NCBI GenBank assembly: GCA_964016885.1
Contig: OZ024754.1
Location: 5,270,001 to 5,334,000, forward strand
Direction: 5' to 3'
Length of the DNA: 64,000 nt
Source of the DNA: Eledone cirrhosa
Taxonomy: Eukaryota
This document shows positions 27,182-44,082 of the stretch, one piece after another. The stretch's first letter is position 1. The number at the start of each line of letters is the position of its first letter. The translations under genes were made by a program, and so were the position numbers. The notes below the pieces were generated by a model that saw only the letters and a list, made by a program, of their open reading frames with translations, had not been told where the DNA came from and did no database searches.

Positions 27182-27492
27182 CTTAGCTGTCCACCAGAAT
27201 CTGCTGTCCACTTCTTTTATATACAGATGTCAGAACTGAAATAAATATTCCATTCATCTTTTGTTCATAGCTTCAGAAATTCCGTCATATATTTTTCTTC
27301 TAAATCTTCCTCTCACAGAACTGTTCCTATTTTTTTGTGAATTACTTCTCTCTATATTTTATGGAGATGCTTGCGTTGTTTCGTTGCCACACCGATACAT
27401 ACGTATGTACATACATACGTACATTCATGAAAACATATATATATACATATATATGTATGTATGTATATATATATATACATATATATATATGC

Positions 27493-27523
<31 letters not shown>

Positions 27524-30500
27524 GTGCGTGTATATATACATACAGACATTTATAATATATGTTATCTGTGTGTCCTTATGAACAGGTTGAGTGCGTATGT
27601 GTGTTTTTGTGTGCATGTGTGTCTGCATGTAGATGTGTGTGTGTCTGCATTTGTGACATACTGCTTGCGATGGCTTAAATTGGTTGAAAGAAATTATTGT
27701 AGTTCTTGTTGTTAGATTCTAAAGGAAACTGTTGATTGCATTCTCCTCACGTATTCTGAGAAGAATACATTTTCTTATTTCAATTCTTTCTCCGTTATTT
27801 TATTTCCCCAGTTATTTTAGTTCAGGTACTGGCCTACTGTTGGCCATTCTCTGACAATATTTTACTGCTATTTTGTCATATACGTTTGGGATTAATTAAA
27901 ATTCTGCGATGGCCTCATTAAGTAAAATATGCGAAGGAACAGCTATAATGAGATGATATATTTTGTAAAGAAGTACCTCTCTCTTGTTGTTGTATTTAGA
28001 TATCGACTACATAAACTAACAAACTGCCATTCCGTCTATTGCCACTTAATTCAGTATTCCACCATCTATTCGTTTTATTTATTTTTCTCTGGGGACGATT
28101 GCCATTTCTTTCCCTTTTTTTAGCATGGCTCAAATGATGGGCATCTACACGGAGCACAGAAGCATCGAAAGCTTTTGCATGGCAATACTGAAACATTTTA
28201 GGACCTATATAGTCCTGTTTACCACCGTAAAGAAAAGCAAATGAAATGATGCATTTACGTGACTAGATCAGTTAAATTAACCAAGAATATCCTCCAATGA
28301 GTAGTTAAGGGTAACGTCATCAAATACAAACAAAATATAGCTGGATAGCAACACATATTTGAGAAGTAAAGACATCGCTGCCACACAATCCTGGCTCGTG
28401 ACAGAGATGGATGAAGGGAGGTGGTATATGGGGTTTTCCTGGCCCTACAGCGCCCCAGGATAGGTAAATGTAATAAATTGGTATTATATTACGGCAGGAA
28501 ATAAGAAAGCAACCAAACATTGACTATTTAAACTCCAGTTATAATACAGGGTAGACGGAATCCATTTGTACCACTGATGAAGGAGGGACTGGCTATTGAA
28601 GCTTCTGTGGTGACAATGCCGGAAAACGGTCACCCCAGTGATGTGCTTCTACCACATACAGTCAAAATATGAACACAGCGTTAGCAACCTTTTCGCTTCC
28701 CTAATAAAACCAACTATATAAGATTTTTAAACCATTTTGTAAATTATTAAAATTGGAAAGGATTAATAATATAACCAAGTTTCTCATTATATGTTCGTAT
28801 ACAGGATTATGATATAATGTTTTTAGATGAATATAAACATTTCTAAATAAAATAAATAATGTATCTTCAGATCAAGTGCTGGCTATGGGCGGTTTGCTAT
28901 CAAACAGAACAAAAAAATTGTACCTCTATCTTTCAACAAAATGTGTAAGTAAGAAATCTTTATTTAAATTGCTTATATGAACCTCACTTATATTACATTT
29001 TTATATATGATTGCTGCCACGAATGTATTAATGTCTTATGAACTACATTGTAAATTTCAAATATATCAAATATCTAAAAAAAAATACAAAAAAAGACTGT
29101 GTTAGTTTGCAGGGTTTAATTTGTTATTGCGAATTATTTAGAGCAAATAGATGGAAAATTGAAAACTCCATGGCCTCAAGATAGGGAAGATCGAATGAAG
29201 TAATGTCCATGTCAACATCCTCTTTAACATTTAGTAGGTTTGAAGTTGCATGGGAAACACACCTAAAAGGCATGACTATATACAATTGGAAAAATACGCA
29301 AATGAATTTGACAGATGAGTGCGTAATATTTTAGGGTTTGTTGATGGCGTTTTACAAATGTAATTAGCAATATCCTGCTGCATAACACATAGAAAAGTTC
29401 CTAGTTTTTGGAATGCCTTAATATCTATATTATTTTCTTAGTTTTCCTTGTATTTGAGCAAATCACATTTGGTTTAAATACAAGTTTACAGCAAAACTTC
29501 ATACATGCTGTATGTACATGTTGATGCTAATACCGATAATTATTTAATTTCACTGCTGATTACGAAGAAATGACCTCTAATATACTAGACTTTAATCTTA
29601 AAATATTGGAGGCCAATGGATATTGTGGTATTTATCACATATTCAGCTGTAATACATACGATAACATTATTGTTACATTACTCCTTTCTATTTATTCCTT
29701 TGTCTCTGGTTTTAAACTTTCTCAAATATTTAACTTCCATTTCCGCCTTTTAATATGTTTACACTATCTTTTTATGGTTCACTTAAAGATAGAAGTTGAG
29801 CGCCTAAGGCCCTGTTGGAGGAAAGGTAGTCAGCTGACTACTCTTCGTATATTACAATGATTTTATATGTAAGGCCGGCATACAACACAGAACTTTGGAA
29901 GTAAATGTACTTCGCAAATACTTGAGTAAAGAGGGTATTATTGGGGGGGGGGGGGGAGTTTGATCCTATATTTATGGATGTGTACGTTGATCGTAGACAG
30001 ATTAGTATGTTTGAGTTTTAGAAGATAAGAAAGGTAGAGAAATATGGTTACATGGTGGTCATAGCTCTGTATAGGTGTTCAGCGTTGGGATCTCTGTTAA
30101 ATCAATCATAAACGAGGATCAGGATGGAACCGGAGTTTTACGTCACATACACAATACTTATTACAAAATGGTGCTTAGAACGATTTACATGATATATTAA
30201 ATATATCACGTAACATTGTCGTATTATATAGATATCTTGGATATCGTTAAGGGATTAATATTTATCAGCGTATTGATATCAAACATAAGCTGCTTGTTGT
30301 CAACAGTTACATGGCTTGATTCTACACGGGAAATGGTGAAACAAAATGAATAAGATAACGAGATTTATAAAATAAAACATACATAATGTGTCTGCAATTA
30401 CCTAATTAACTCTGAGGAATTGTATGTCCATATGTCTGGATAAATGCACATATACTCATACATACTATTGAACATATGTTACAGAAATAACGGTTACATT

Positions 30501-30888
30501 TCGCTTTCAAGAAATGCCATCTCTTGACGTTTTTGTACATAGATGGGTGGCAGGAACATGAATTGTTAGCACTCCCAAGGACTTAGATTCCTTCTTGCAT
30601 ATGCTGCATTGGCAGAAAATGGAAAAGACTCTATGTACAAGCAACACACATGAAAGGCGCTTAGATCAAGTGATGCATATGTTTGTAGCTTTTTTTAAGT
30701 GAAGACTGGTCTTGCACTTGACCAATCCATTGGAATGTATATCTATTACAACTTCCATTATTGTTATTCCTATTGTTTCCTCTTCAGTCATGTCCCCATT
30801 CCTTCAGTCGATGTAAACCCCACGCTGTGTTGTTGTTTTTCCTTGCTTTGTTCCTTATATCATGGGGCCTTTTGGCCAACAACATAAA

Positions 30889-31205
30889 TTTGGCAGTATC
30901 GGTAGAGGATCGGACGCTATGCTTTACAGCACAGTTACATCCCTTTACGTTCTGAGGTCAAATCCCGCCAAGGTTAACTTTGCCTTTCATCCTTACGGGG
31001 TTCGATAAAACAAAGCAGCAGTAACGTACTGGGGTTGATTTAATCGACTTTCCTTTCGCCTCAAATTACTGACCTTATGCCTCTACTAGAAATCATTATT
31101 AGAAATATGACCAGTGATTTGGCAGTATCTTAGAGCGTTCGACAACATGCTTCGTGACGTTACGGCACTTTACGGTCTGAGTTCTAATTCCGCTGAGGTT
31201 AGCTG
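30889..31205 (+). mobile_element. SINE family A variant followed by a partial second SINE head
   Basis: 30889-31100 has head and body; 31118-31205 is head only. Confidence 0.8.
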
Positions 31206-31272
31206 TTTCGTCTTCTTTGTATTGTTTTACTCATTGCTGTATGGGTCCTATATTGGTTCAGCGGAATTATCA

Positions 31273-31431
31273 AATCACTGGCCATAATTATAATAATGAT
31301 TTCTAGTAGAGGCATAAGGTCAGTAATTTGAGGCAAAAGGAAAGTCGATTAAATCAACCCCAGTACGTTACTGGTACTTTGTTTTATCGAACCCCGTAAG
31401 GATGAAAGGCAAAGTTAACCTTGGCGGGATT
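31273..31431 (-). repeat. Inverted local duplicate of 30961-31120 (SINE 3' part plus flank)
   Basis: Shares private variants (GGGGTTCGATAAAAC, CCTCTACTAGAAATCATTATT) and flanking sequence. Confidence 0.85.
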
Positions 31432-32222
31432 AGTTCTATATTGTTTCTATATTGGTTCTATATTAGTTCTATATTGGTTCTATATTAGTTCTATATTGGT
31501 TCTATATTAGTTCTATATTGGCTCTATTTTAGTTCTATATTGGCTCTATATTAGTTCTATATTGGCTCTATATTAGTTCTATATTGGCTCTATTTTAGTT
31601 CTATATTGGCTCTATATTAGTTCTATATTGGCTCTATATTAGTTCTATATTGGCTCTATATTAGTTCTATATTGGTTCTATATTAGTTCTATATTGGCTC
31701 TATTTTAGTTCTATATTGGCTCTATATTAGTTCTATATTGGCTCTATTTTAGTTCTATATTGGCTCTATATTAGTTCTATATTGGTTCTATATTAGTTCT
31801 ATATTAGTTCTATATTGGCTCTATATTAGTTCTATATTGGTTCTATATTAGGTCTATATTGGCTCTATATTAATTCTATATTGGTTCTATATTAGTTCTA
31901 TATTAGTTCTGTATTGGTTCTGTATAGGTTCTATATTGGTTCCATATTGGTTCTGTATTGGTTCTATATTGGTTCTATATTGGTTCTGTATTGGTTCTAT
32001 ATTTGTTCTATATTGGTTCTACATTGGTCTGTATTGGTTCTATATTGGTTCTATATTAGTTCTATATTAGTTCTATATTAGTTCTATATTAGTTCTATAT
32101 TGGTTCTATATAGTTTCTATGTTAGTTCTATATTGGTTCTGTGTTGGTTCTATATTGGTTCTGTATTGGTTCTATATTAGTTCTATATTGGTTCTATATT
32201 AGTTCGGTATTGGTTCTATATT
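31431..32222. repeat. 11-bp minisatellite (TTAGTTCTATA/TTGGTTCTATA/TTGGCTCTATA), ~70 units
   Basis: Direct observation. Confidence 0.95.
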
Positions 32223-32444
32223 TTATAGTAATAAACAAATGGTTAGAAACAGCAATATTTGGGACATTGAGTGTTTTTACTGTGTTTTCACTGCTGGAAA
32301 AGAAACAATACAAAACAATAAAGAGAAGAGAACAATCAACAAAATAAAGAGAAATGAAAAAAGTATAAATAAATTCAATATGTATACGTGTGTTTGTATG
32401 TGTTTATATATATATAATGCGTATAATATGTGTGTGTTTGAGTA

Positions 32445-32496
<52 letters not shown>

Positions 32497-32551
32497 ATAT
32501 AAATATATATATACACACATATATATACATATATATATTCATATATAAATG

Positions 32552-32586
<35 letters not shown>

Positions 32587-32623
32587 GTTTATTTATATAT
32601 ATAAATATATATATGTTAATATG

Positions 32624-32676
<53 letters not shown>

Positions 32677-33005
32677 CATATATATATATTATATATATAT
32701 ATTTATTTATATATATTTATTTATATATATTTATTTATATATATATAGAGAGAGAGCGAGGGTAGGGAGAAGAGAGTCAGAAAGAAAGAGAGAGATAAAC
32801 AAATTCGTATTTGATATTTTACACTTATATACGTATGTGTTTCTATGTGTTAGGTCGTTGCTCTTCTTTTTCTTTCATTTCTTTTGTTTTCCTTATTTCC
32901 CTTCATTTTAACATCATTCTAATTTTGCAAATCTAATAAGTGTTGTACCCTGTGTACCTTATAAAGTATATGTATGTATGTTTGGTTTGTTTCATTATCA
33001 TATAT

Positions 33006-33064
<59 letters not shown>

Positions 33065-33211
33065 TGTGTTGGTATATATATATATATGTATGTCTTCGTG
33101 TGTGGGGGGGGTGTAAATATGTATATATATACACACATATTTAGATAGATATATATATATAATATATATACATCTATATATAATATTCCATTATTATTAT
33201 TTTCATTACTC

Positions 33212-33267
<56 letters not shown>

Positions 33268-34893
33268 GTTGTTGTTGTTGTTGTTGTTGTTTTTGTTGTT
33301 GTTATTGTTATTGTTATTATTATTACCGATTTATATTTCAGTAAGTTACGTATAATTATATATCTTTTTATGTATGAACCTCGTATATTTGTATTTAGAA
33401 ATATAACGTTTTTTGTCTCTTTTATTTTTGGCTTAAAATATCTGTTCTGGTTATTTACGGCATTCATGAGAGTACTCGGTTCTAACTATGACGAAATAAA
33501 GATCGGCTAAATGTTATTGCAATATATGTATAATTAATTCCCATAACCAATATATATATATATTCATCTCATGAAAATATTTAAATACAAAAAAAAAGCA
33601 TGAAATTGCAAAAGCATTTCAAGCCTTTTGCCCTCAAACATATGAATGTCTTTTTATGTTCAGATAAATTATTTTGTTGTTTGAAACTATTTGTATTAGT
33701 TGATAAAAGAAAATGAGATCATGATAAAAATACATTGAAACAAATACATGCATAGATGATATCATTAAATAGCCTGAAAGAAATTTCCACCAAAATGTGT
33801 TTAAATAAATAGACCAATTTATGGTGGTTCACGTAATAGAGGGTATGAGGAAGAGGTAAAACGAATTTTGGCAGATAAAATATAAAATAAAATACGGAAA
33901 ATAATAATCCTCTGTGAACATTTCAGCTAGCACGCATCGTGACTCTTTGCTGACAATCCAATTTTAAGGGATTATTATTAGGATTAATGGGGTTGTGGAT
34001 GGCACGGATTCAGCACTGACGTATGGAAAAACCTACCAATATTTATTTGCCTCCAAATTACATTCTGAATTTGAATCTATCCGAACTCGTCTCTGTTATT
34101 TGTTTATAGTTTTCAGAATCAATAATATAACGTATTGATAAATAGTGTGATAGCTGTAAATGAGTAACACATACCTTAAAAAATATGAGGTTTTGTATAT
34201 ATGTAAGAAATAGTATATCTTTAAACGATATGGGACATATAATATTTTGAACATGTTATACGTAAGTTTGCCAATACATATAGTTCCTACATTGGTAAAA
34301 GAGTATAGTTTGTGGTGTAAACCCCACTCTAGTTGATCGTGTTGGCCATAGCAGTTGATTAACATTTTATCTTATAGAAGGTAATGAGATAAAGAAGATT
34401 GTCTACCCCCAACTGGGATAGAAATCTCAACACACAAGGAGATATGGTAATACTGCCATGATTAACATTACCTGGTTTTCTACAGAATCCTTGATGTACT
34501 TAAAATATGTAATGAACTCCATTCGAATTATAAAGTTATTATATTCTATCTTAATGTTTACCAGTTTGTTTCCATATTTCTTCATCTTCCTAATGGCAAT
34601 TCGTACATTTTCAGTTCAAAAACATCAGAATACATTAAAACATTAAAATAAAATAAAGAATATTCTAAAGATAACAAACAGTGGTATTGGAAAAGTAGTT
34701 TCTGAAGTCTGGCATTGATCCAAAGAGTTTACACAGGCAGTGAATATGTGCCACACTCACACATACACATACATACACAGACACACACACACCACACACA
34801 CACGTGTGCCTTTGTGTGTATATATATGTCGTGGTATGAAAATATTGGCAGACATATATATGTTCATATGTAATCACATATACAAAGTTGCTG

Positions 34894-34946
<53 letters not shown>

Positions 34947-34969
34947 GTGTGCTTGAGTGTGTGTATGAG

Positions 34970-35006
<37 letters not shown>

Positions 35007-37083
35007 CTATGTGTGAGCCTATTTATTTATGTATGTCTCTACGTGCATGTGTCTGTGTGTATACGCAGTCACTGAAAAATCGATTTGTTTTCGCTTCTCT
35101 TTTTCAACCTCTAATTCATTTGTCGTCATATTGATTCGCTGAATTGAGTGAAATATTTCCCTGTAAGTAATACGTCCTCCATCGACACTAAAACCTCGCC
35201 ACGCTAACCAATAAATCTATTCATTCTATATTACTGTCATAGTGTTGGTCGTCGTGAATAGATATTTAGATTAGCTTTAACACTAAGTTATGTATTCATT
35301 TGAATGTCTCTAAATTTCGAGTAGAACACTTCAGCTTGACTCTTTACTCACGGAAGTTATTAACAACCATGCAAAATATTCTAACCGTGCTAAATAGACT
35401 TTTTTTAATGTTTACTACAAATGTTTTACAAGCAATTTATGCAGTATATTATTCTAAACTGAGCTGAATGGCGTCGGTTGTTTATGTTATGTGAAACATG
35501 TTATATTTTTACATCAAATGATTATATCTCTTTTCATCTATTGCTATTTTACATAAGCCAAAGACCTGTGAATTATAAGAGAGTATACAAATCTATGATG
35601 TTTAAGCTTTCCTCGTGGGGCATAAAATTAAGAGATATATGTTCAAACATCGCTCAGTATCAAACTTTCCTCTATGCCTACGACACCTGACACTCTCACT
35701 ATAAAATGCAGATCTTTCTTTTCTAAAGAATAATTATATTTAACGATTTGCTTTAATATAATTTTCTTCTTTCGATTTCTTCCAACTTCTCCGTAACGAG
35801 TTATCACAGTCATCTATTTAAGTCATCATACTTACATTCAAACCTGTATAACTACACGATGTTATATATTACAGTATATCTCTCAGTTTAATTCGTAATA
35901 GTCATCATTATTGTCTATCACACAATCCAAAGTATGTTTTTATCGTAATCCATATTAAATATATTCGATTATAAATCTATACATTTACTAAATTCACCAG
36001 AAAAATTCTAGCATTTTTTCATGATTTGATAGGTTTACAAATAAACAAATTGACGTTTGTTCCATGTAAATATTCTGTGATTAACTTGAATTTAATTAAA
36101 GTGTTCTAATGTCAAATCTTTAGAAGAAGTATATAGAGAAACATGAAGTACATAATTTGAAATTGTATTTTCTGTGAAGCGTTTTATATTCTATGTTCAT
36201 GGAAAGAATATTTTCGAAAATTATATTATTTTTCATAGTATTATCAACTCTTCGACTTTACATGATACTGTTATCTTTATTCTAAGAAGTCTTACATGTT
36301 ATATGCTCTAGAATGTCTTATATATCCTTGTCTATGAAACAATACGGTTTAAATTATTCACGATTTTCCAGTATGATAATATTATTAAAATTATGAATAC
36401 AGTGGGAATAATATTGTTGATAACAAACACATAAAATAACGAAATCTGAGTAATATACAATATTTTCTGTTAATCTACATCTATGTTGGTAAAGATTGAA
36501 CAAATCCTAATATTATATACGACTTTCTTATCGACAAATCAGAGAATAAATGGAGTTGATCTCACTGTCACAGTGAATAAATTACAGCAGATGGCTTACT
36601 GAGCTATGGGTTTAGATAATATATATGTAATATGTATATCAAGCTTAAAGTATAATATTTATTTCCCAGACAAATAACTTCAGAGTGATATAAATAATTT
36701 AGATTTTGGCAAGGAGTACTTTCCATAGATGGTGAGTCAATTCTTTTGTGAATAATATAGATGATTGGTGAATAATACTTTGTCTTTAATACCGTTTCGT
36801 AGATTATCAGTCAGTTTTCTACGAATATTAAAATGTTTTGAATATAATAGATTATGTCTTCGATATAAAATCATACTTATTAGCATCGTATACATAGAAG
36901 GGTGTATAATAATATTAGAGATAATAGAAATGTAACAGTCAGGTTTTGATAGTTGAAATTTACAAAAATATACTCATTTATTATGATATCACAGAAATGG
37001 AGAATTATTTACAGAAAATCAGACTAAACAGCCAAATATATAGATATAGTATAGAAGGAAGCCTTTTCACTCAAGATATTGTA

Positions 37084-37153
37084 AGAGTTGCAAAGAGATA
37101 GCCCCTTATCAATGTACCATATGTACCATTATACTTTACATCACTACACACGC

Positions 37154-37250
<97 letters not shown>

Positions 37251-37560
37251 AATATATATTTATATATATAAATATATATATATTATATACATTCACGCGC
37301 ACATATATAAATAATCACAAATATATTTGCTTACATGTATATATATATATATCACCATACAGTCACACAAACACACACAGGCCCACACACACATATATAT
37401 ATGTATATAGGTAAATATGTATATGTTTATAAATAGTTACACATGTGCGAGTGGGTGTATATACATGTATATATGTATAAATAGTTGCCTATGTGTGTGT
37501 ATCTATGTATACATGTATATATTTAAGAATAGGTGGGTATGTACGAGTGTGTATGTATAT
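37084..37560 (+). repeat. Dispersed direct duplication, copy 1 (copy 2 at 41264-41765)
   Basis: AGAGTTGCAAAGAGAT...ATCAATGTACCATATGTACCATTATACTTTACA...CACCATACAGTCACACAAACACACACAGGCCC...GTACGAGTGTGTATG is shared. Confidence 0.85.
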
Positions 37561-37782
37561 ATGGGAATGAGAATATGGTAAAAGATGTGACAAGAGAAAG
37601 GTCAAAACATTTTATCTGAGAATCGGTTTGATTATTTCTATGGCAGCCATTTTGACAGTGCAATAAAATGATATGGACAAGGTGAGCAAATATTCTGGTG
37701 AATGAGACAAGTTAGGAAAATATATTGAAAGAGAGGAATAAAACAATAAATAAATAAATAATATATGGTATTGAGGGAGGAA

Positions 37783-37842
<60 letters not shown>

Positions 37843-37967
37843 GTGTGTGTGTGTGTGTACATGTGCCTGTGTGTGTTTGTGTGTGTGTCTTATATGTACC
37901 TATATATATATATACGTATATATATATGCATATATATATATGCATATATATACATATATATGCATAC

Positions 37968-38005
<38 letters not shown>

Positions 38006-38055
38006 CTATATATATATATGCATATATAAATAAATATATGTATATATATATTTAC

Positions 38056-38086
<31 letters not shown>

Positions 38087-38126
38087 ATATAATATATATA
38101 CATATATGTATATATATATATACATA

Positions 38127-38161
<35 letters not shown>

Positions 38162-38196
38162 CATATACATATATACATATATATATATACATATAC

Positions 38197-38227
<31 letters not shown>

Positions 38228-38232
38228 GATAT

Positions 38233-38289
<57 letters not shown>

Positions 38290-38321
38290 TATATTTAACA
38301 TATATATACATATATATATTT

Positions 38322-38358
<37 letters not shown>

Positions 38359-38693
38359 CTCATATACATATATGCAGAGAAAGAAAATTTAGAAAAAGTA
38401 AGGAAAAAGAAGGAGCCATTTTTATATTCCTTCGCTACACACTACATCAATTCAAACTTTTTTCCTAATCAATTCTTTTTGTTATCATTATCATCATTAT
38501 TAATATTATCATTATTGCTATTGTTGTTGTTGTTGTTGTCGTTGTTGGATATATTATTGTTGTTATTGCTGTTGTTGATTTTACACATACTTTTTTTTAT
38601 ATTCTGTTATGTAGATTTTACATATGAAATCTAACCATTTCTAGCCACTTATTTAATACATGTGATACCGAAGCCAAAAAATAAAACAATATA

Positions 38694-38778
<85 letters not shown>

Positions 38779-38851
38779 ATAAGCATGTATCTATCTATCT
38801 TTCTCTCTCTTTCCATATATAAATATATTTACTTATATACACATACATGTG

Positions 38852-38885
<34 letters not shown>

Positions 38886-38929
38886 CCTGTATATATATAT
38901 ATAAGTATATATATATATATATATATATG

Positions 38930-39021
<92 letters not shown>

Positions 39022-39111
39022 TGCGTGTGTGAGAGAGAGAGAGAGAGAGACACACATATGCATATATATATACATATATATATATACATGCATACCTATA
39101 TATGTATATAC

Positions 39112-39144
<33 letters not shown>

Positions 39145-39459
39145 TATAAACTAAGATAAAAAAAATTGTAATAAAATGTAACTTTGAAATAGACAATGAA
39201 TTTATGTTCTGTTAATGGTTTGACGTTTAATGCCACAGGGAAATGCAAAATAGAAGGGTTTGCTTATATCTTTTGATTTAGCTTCTAAATTGTTTATATA
39301 TTTTTCTTCTTATCTTTTACATGATTCTTTGTGTGGGCATAATTTATATTTATTTCTATATTTTTTCCTTTTATTTAGATATTTTCACATTGTGAAAATT
39401 GCCTTCAAAACACACACAACAACGAAATAACATAAGTATTTACTACGTGTATGCATGTA

Positions 39460-39503
<44 letters not shown>

Positions 39504-39601
39504 CAGATACACATATATATACGTGGTTTGATGTAAACGAAACACACAACACGCGTGATATATTTGTCTCTCTCTCTCTATCTATCTCTTTATGTATACA
39601 A

Positions 39602-39670
<69 letters not shown>

Positions 39671-39672
39671 GT

Positions 39673-39726
<54 letters not shown>

Positions 39727-39889
39727 GGGAAAGAGAAAGAACGAAACAAACTTACAAGTATGTATGAAACAAACACACAATAACCTGTGATGTATTAAAA
39801 TCGTCACACATAATCCTATGGTAATATGTAAACGACACATATCAACCTGCAAGCGGTAAATAAATGACAGACACACAGACACGCACATA

Positions 39890-39975
<86 letters not shown>

Positions 39976-41263
39976 TGTGTTTTTATATATAGGAGAGTCA
40001 TGCATCTCCTATCATTTGAAAGGTGTGCAATTCTGAATATTATAAAAGACCTCGGCATTAATAATAAGGATTTCTTTTTTTTTTAATCATAAAGGGTTAG
40101 CATTTTAGGGACATACAATGGTGAAATAGACAATATCTTTGTAATTTGCATCTAGTAAAATTGCGAAATAAACGATAAACAGTAATAACCTCTGTATAGA
40201 AATGAAAAATATATATTGACATATAATTACATATAGAACATAATAAAACACGGTGAATGGTTCACCAACATGAAACATAAAGCATACGTTCGTACTGGTC
40301 TCCCCCACGAAGCCTGGTTTAACTTGACCCAGCAAAGACAAATAACCGCACACAGTTCATACCATTAAAGTACAGTTGCCATCGCCAATTATGTTCACTA
40401 TATTCCACATTTTATCAAAATTTTGGCAAAGGTTACTGGGAACGTGGCCTGAGAGGTAAACATCAACACTAAATATTTTGAAGAATTTCAATAATAAACC
40501 TGCTTCAACATGCCCATTAGACGAAAGATGTTTACCTGCTCTTCATTCCGAAAAGAAATTGATACTTTAATCTAGTCGATATTCTCAACTTATAGCCAGA
40601 TCCGACAACATGAAGGTACGAATCAACAATTCCTGCACACTAAACGTGTGCGTTCGAAATTGTTTGATCAAACTATACCCATCTCATAAATGTTCCTTTA
40701 CTTACAGCTCTAGCGCAGAAGCATTTATTCTGTGCATGTAGAATTTATTCTGATCACGCAATGATTCCTCCTGGAATATAAGATGGAGCCATAATGGGAA
40801 ATCTTTTATATAATTCCGGAATTTTTTTATAATTCCGGACGTTGAAATTTTCCAGCTAAGACTACATGGAATAGACGAGGACGACAACTCGAAATATTCC
40901 ACAGTTATCAACTCTCATACCCACGGGTATCATTTCTCATACCAGCTGAGCTGCTCGTAAACCTTCGATAAATCTGAGGGGTGATATTTTTCACGGTGAT
41001 TGCTTGACCTGTCTTGTAAACGTAGTTAATCGCTTGAGGGTTTTCTGATACCAACAAAAAGGTTCTGTTGGAAGTTTTCCAAATAAGGAATGTTTTTTTT
41101 TAGAATATGGATGTCCATGATTTCTCCCTGGAAGTCAGACATAAATTTGTTGATAACATTTGCGATACCAATAATACGAATATACGGACCCACAAATACA
41201 TGCGCATATATGTATATAAATATATATATATTTATTTTCTTCTTCTTTGCCCGCTTATTCCTG

Positions 41264-41765
<502 letters not shown>

Positions 41766-41773
41766 ATTTCATA

Positions 41774-41863
<90 letters not shown>

Positions 41864-41870
41864 TATATAC

Positions 41871-42195
<325 letters not shown>

Positions 42196-42236
42196 CGAAA
42201 CATAAGTCAATTGCATTAACTCATAATCCTTTATTT

Positions 42237-42292
42237 ACTGCTATATATATTTCGATGATAGCCATTGAACGGCTATGACCTCATCAGGCAGT
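42237..42292 (-). ncRNA. Type I hammerhead ribozyme within a PLE-type terminus (42192-42355)
   Basis: Reverse complement: ACTGC-CTGATGA-GGTCATAGCC-gttcaat-GGCTATCATC-GAAA-TATATA-TA-GCAGT. Perfect 5-bp stem I; palindromic stem III. Confidence 0.85.
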
Positions 42293-42558
42293 TAGTCAGT
42301 TCTTAGAAATGGCAGCTCTGTGTGTATAGTGTTGATGGTATCAGAGCCTTGGGACATATATATAAGTATGTATGTATGGCAGCAAAGATATTTTGCTTTT
42401 AAAAAGAATTTGGTTGCAGAAAGTTAAACGCATGAAGCTCAACATAGTCTCTTTAACTAGCCATGTTGTGAAGTATGTTTGGAGGATATAAGCCATCAGG
42501 CAAGCATACAAATAGACAGAGTGTTGGATAAAGATAGCGATATATATATATATATATA

Positions 42559-42622
<64 letters not shown>

Positions 42623-42636
42623 TATATACGTATATC

Positions 42637-42675
<39 letters not shown>

Positions 42676-42729
42676 TTTATATATATATTTATACTTACTT
42701 ATATATATATATATATATATTTATACTTA

Positions 42730-42783
<54 letters not shown>

Positions 42784-42787
42784 CTTA

Positions 42788-42857
<70 letters not shown>

Positions 42858-42858
42858 C

Positions 42859-42899
<41 letters not shown>

Positions 42900-42900
42900 C

Positions 42901-42968
<68 letters not shown>

Positions 42969-43350
42969 CTATGTGTGCATATGAAGAAAGAGGGTGAGAG
43001 TGGGAGAGAAAGGGATAGAGAGAGAGAGAGACAGCGAGAGAGTCAGAAAGAGAGACGAGAGAGAGAGAGGGATCAATTTACATGACAGTAGACCTAACAT
43101 TGAATCACTGTATATTCTTTTCGGTAAAAATCTCATCAAGAATCAATAAACCCAAATTATCTTTTAAGATCTGTAGTTTTATTTATGTTATTTTCTTACT
43201 GCCCGCTTTCCAATGGACAATGATTGATGATTAAGCGTATATCCACTGAGATTTTAAAAGAAAATTAGAAAAACTGAAACTAAAACATGTAAACAATCGA
43301 TGAGAAAAATACAAATAAAATTGGAAAGACGAAGCAGAAAAAAAAAAGAC

Positions 43351-43409
<59 letters not shown>

Positions 43410-43534
43410 TTAATATAAATTAGAATTTCAAGTCCGTTTTCATGTTTAATATGAGGATATTTCCAACGAGATTTGGACATAAGCAAGAAACAGTATACTG
43501 TTCAGATCTCCTTCAGATACGACATGTGATCAAT

Positions 43535-43569
<35 letters not shown>

Positions 43570-43582
43570 GTTTAGTCGTATA

Positions 43583-43655
<73 letters not shown>

Positions 43656-43993
43656 GTTTAGTCGTATATGTGTGTATATATATATATATATATGTGTGTC
43701 TATGTATGTATGTATTCCCTGCAGGCATTTATTATACCATTTTTTTTATTATCTTTACTCTTGTTGTTGCTGTATATTTTATTGTTATTTTACTATTATT
43801 GTTATTTTTATTTTCTATAATATTCTATATTTTTGTGGGTTTTATATTTTGCGACGTCTAATGTGTGTCCATTCTTACGTATTCTTTTAAAGATTCTGAA
43901 AACATACTTTATGTAAATTGTTAAAGCTACAGCAGTGGTCATACGTATACACAGCAATATTAACACATATGCCCGCACAGACAGCATACATAA

Positions 43994-44082
<89 letters not shown>

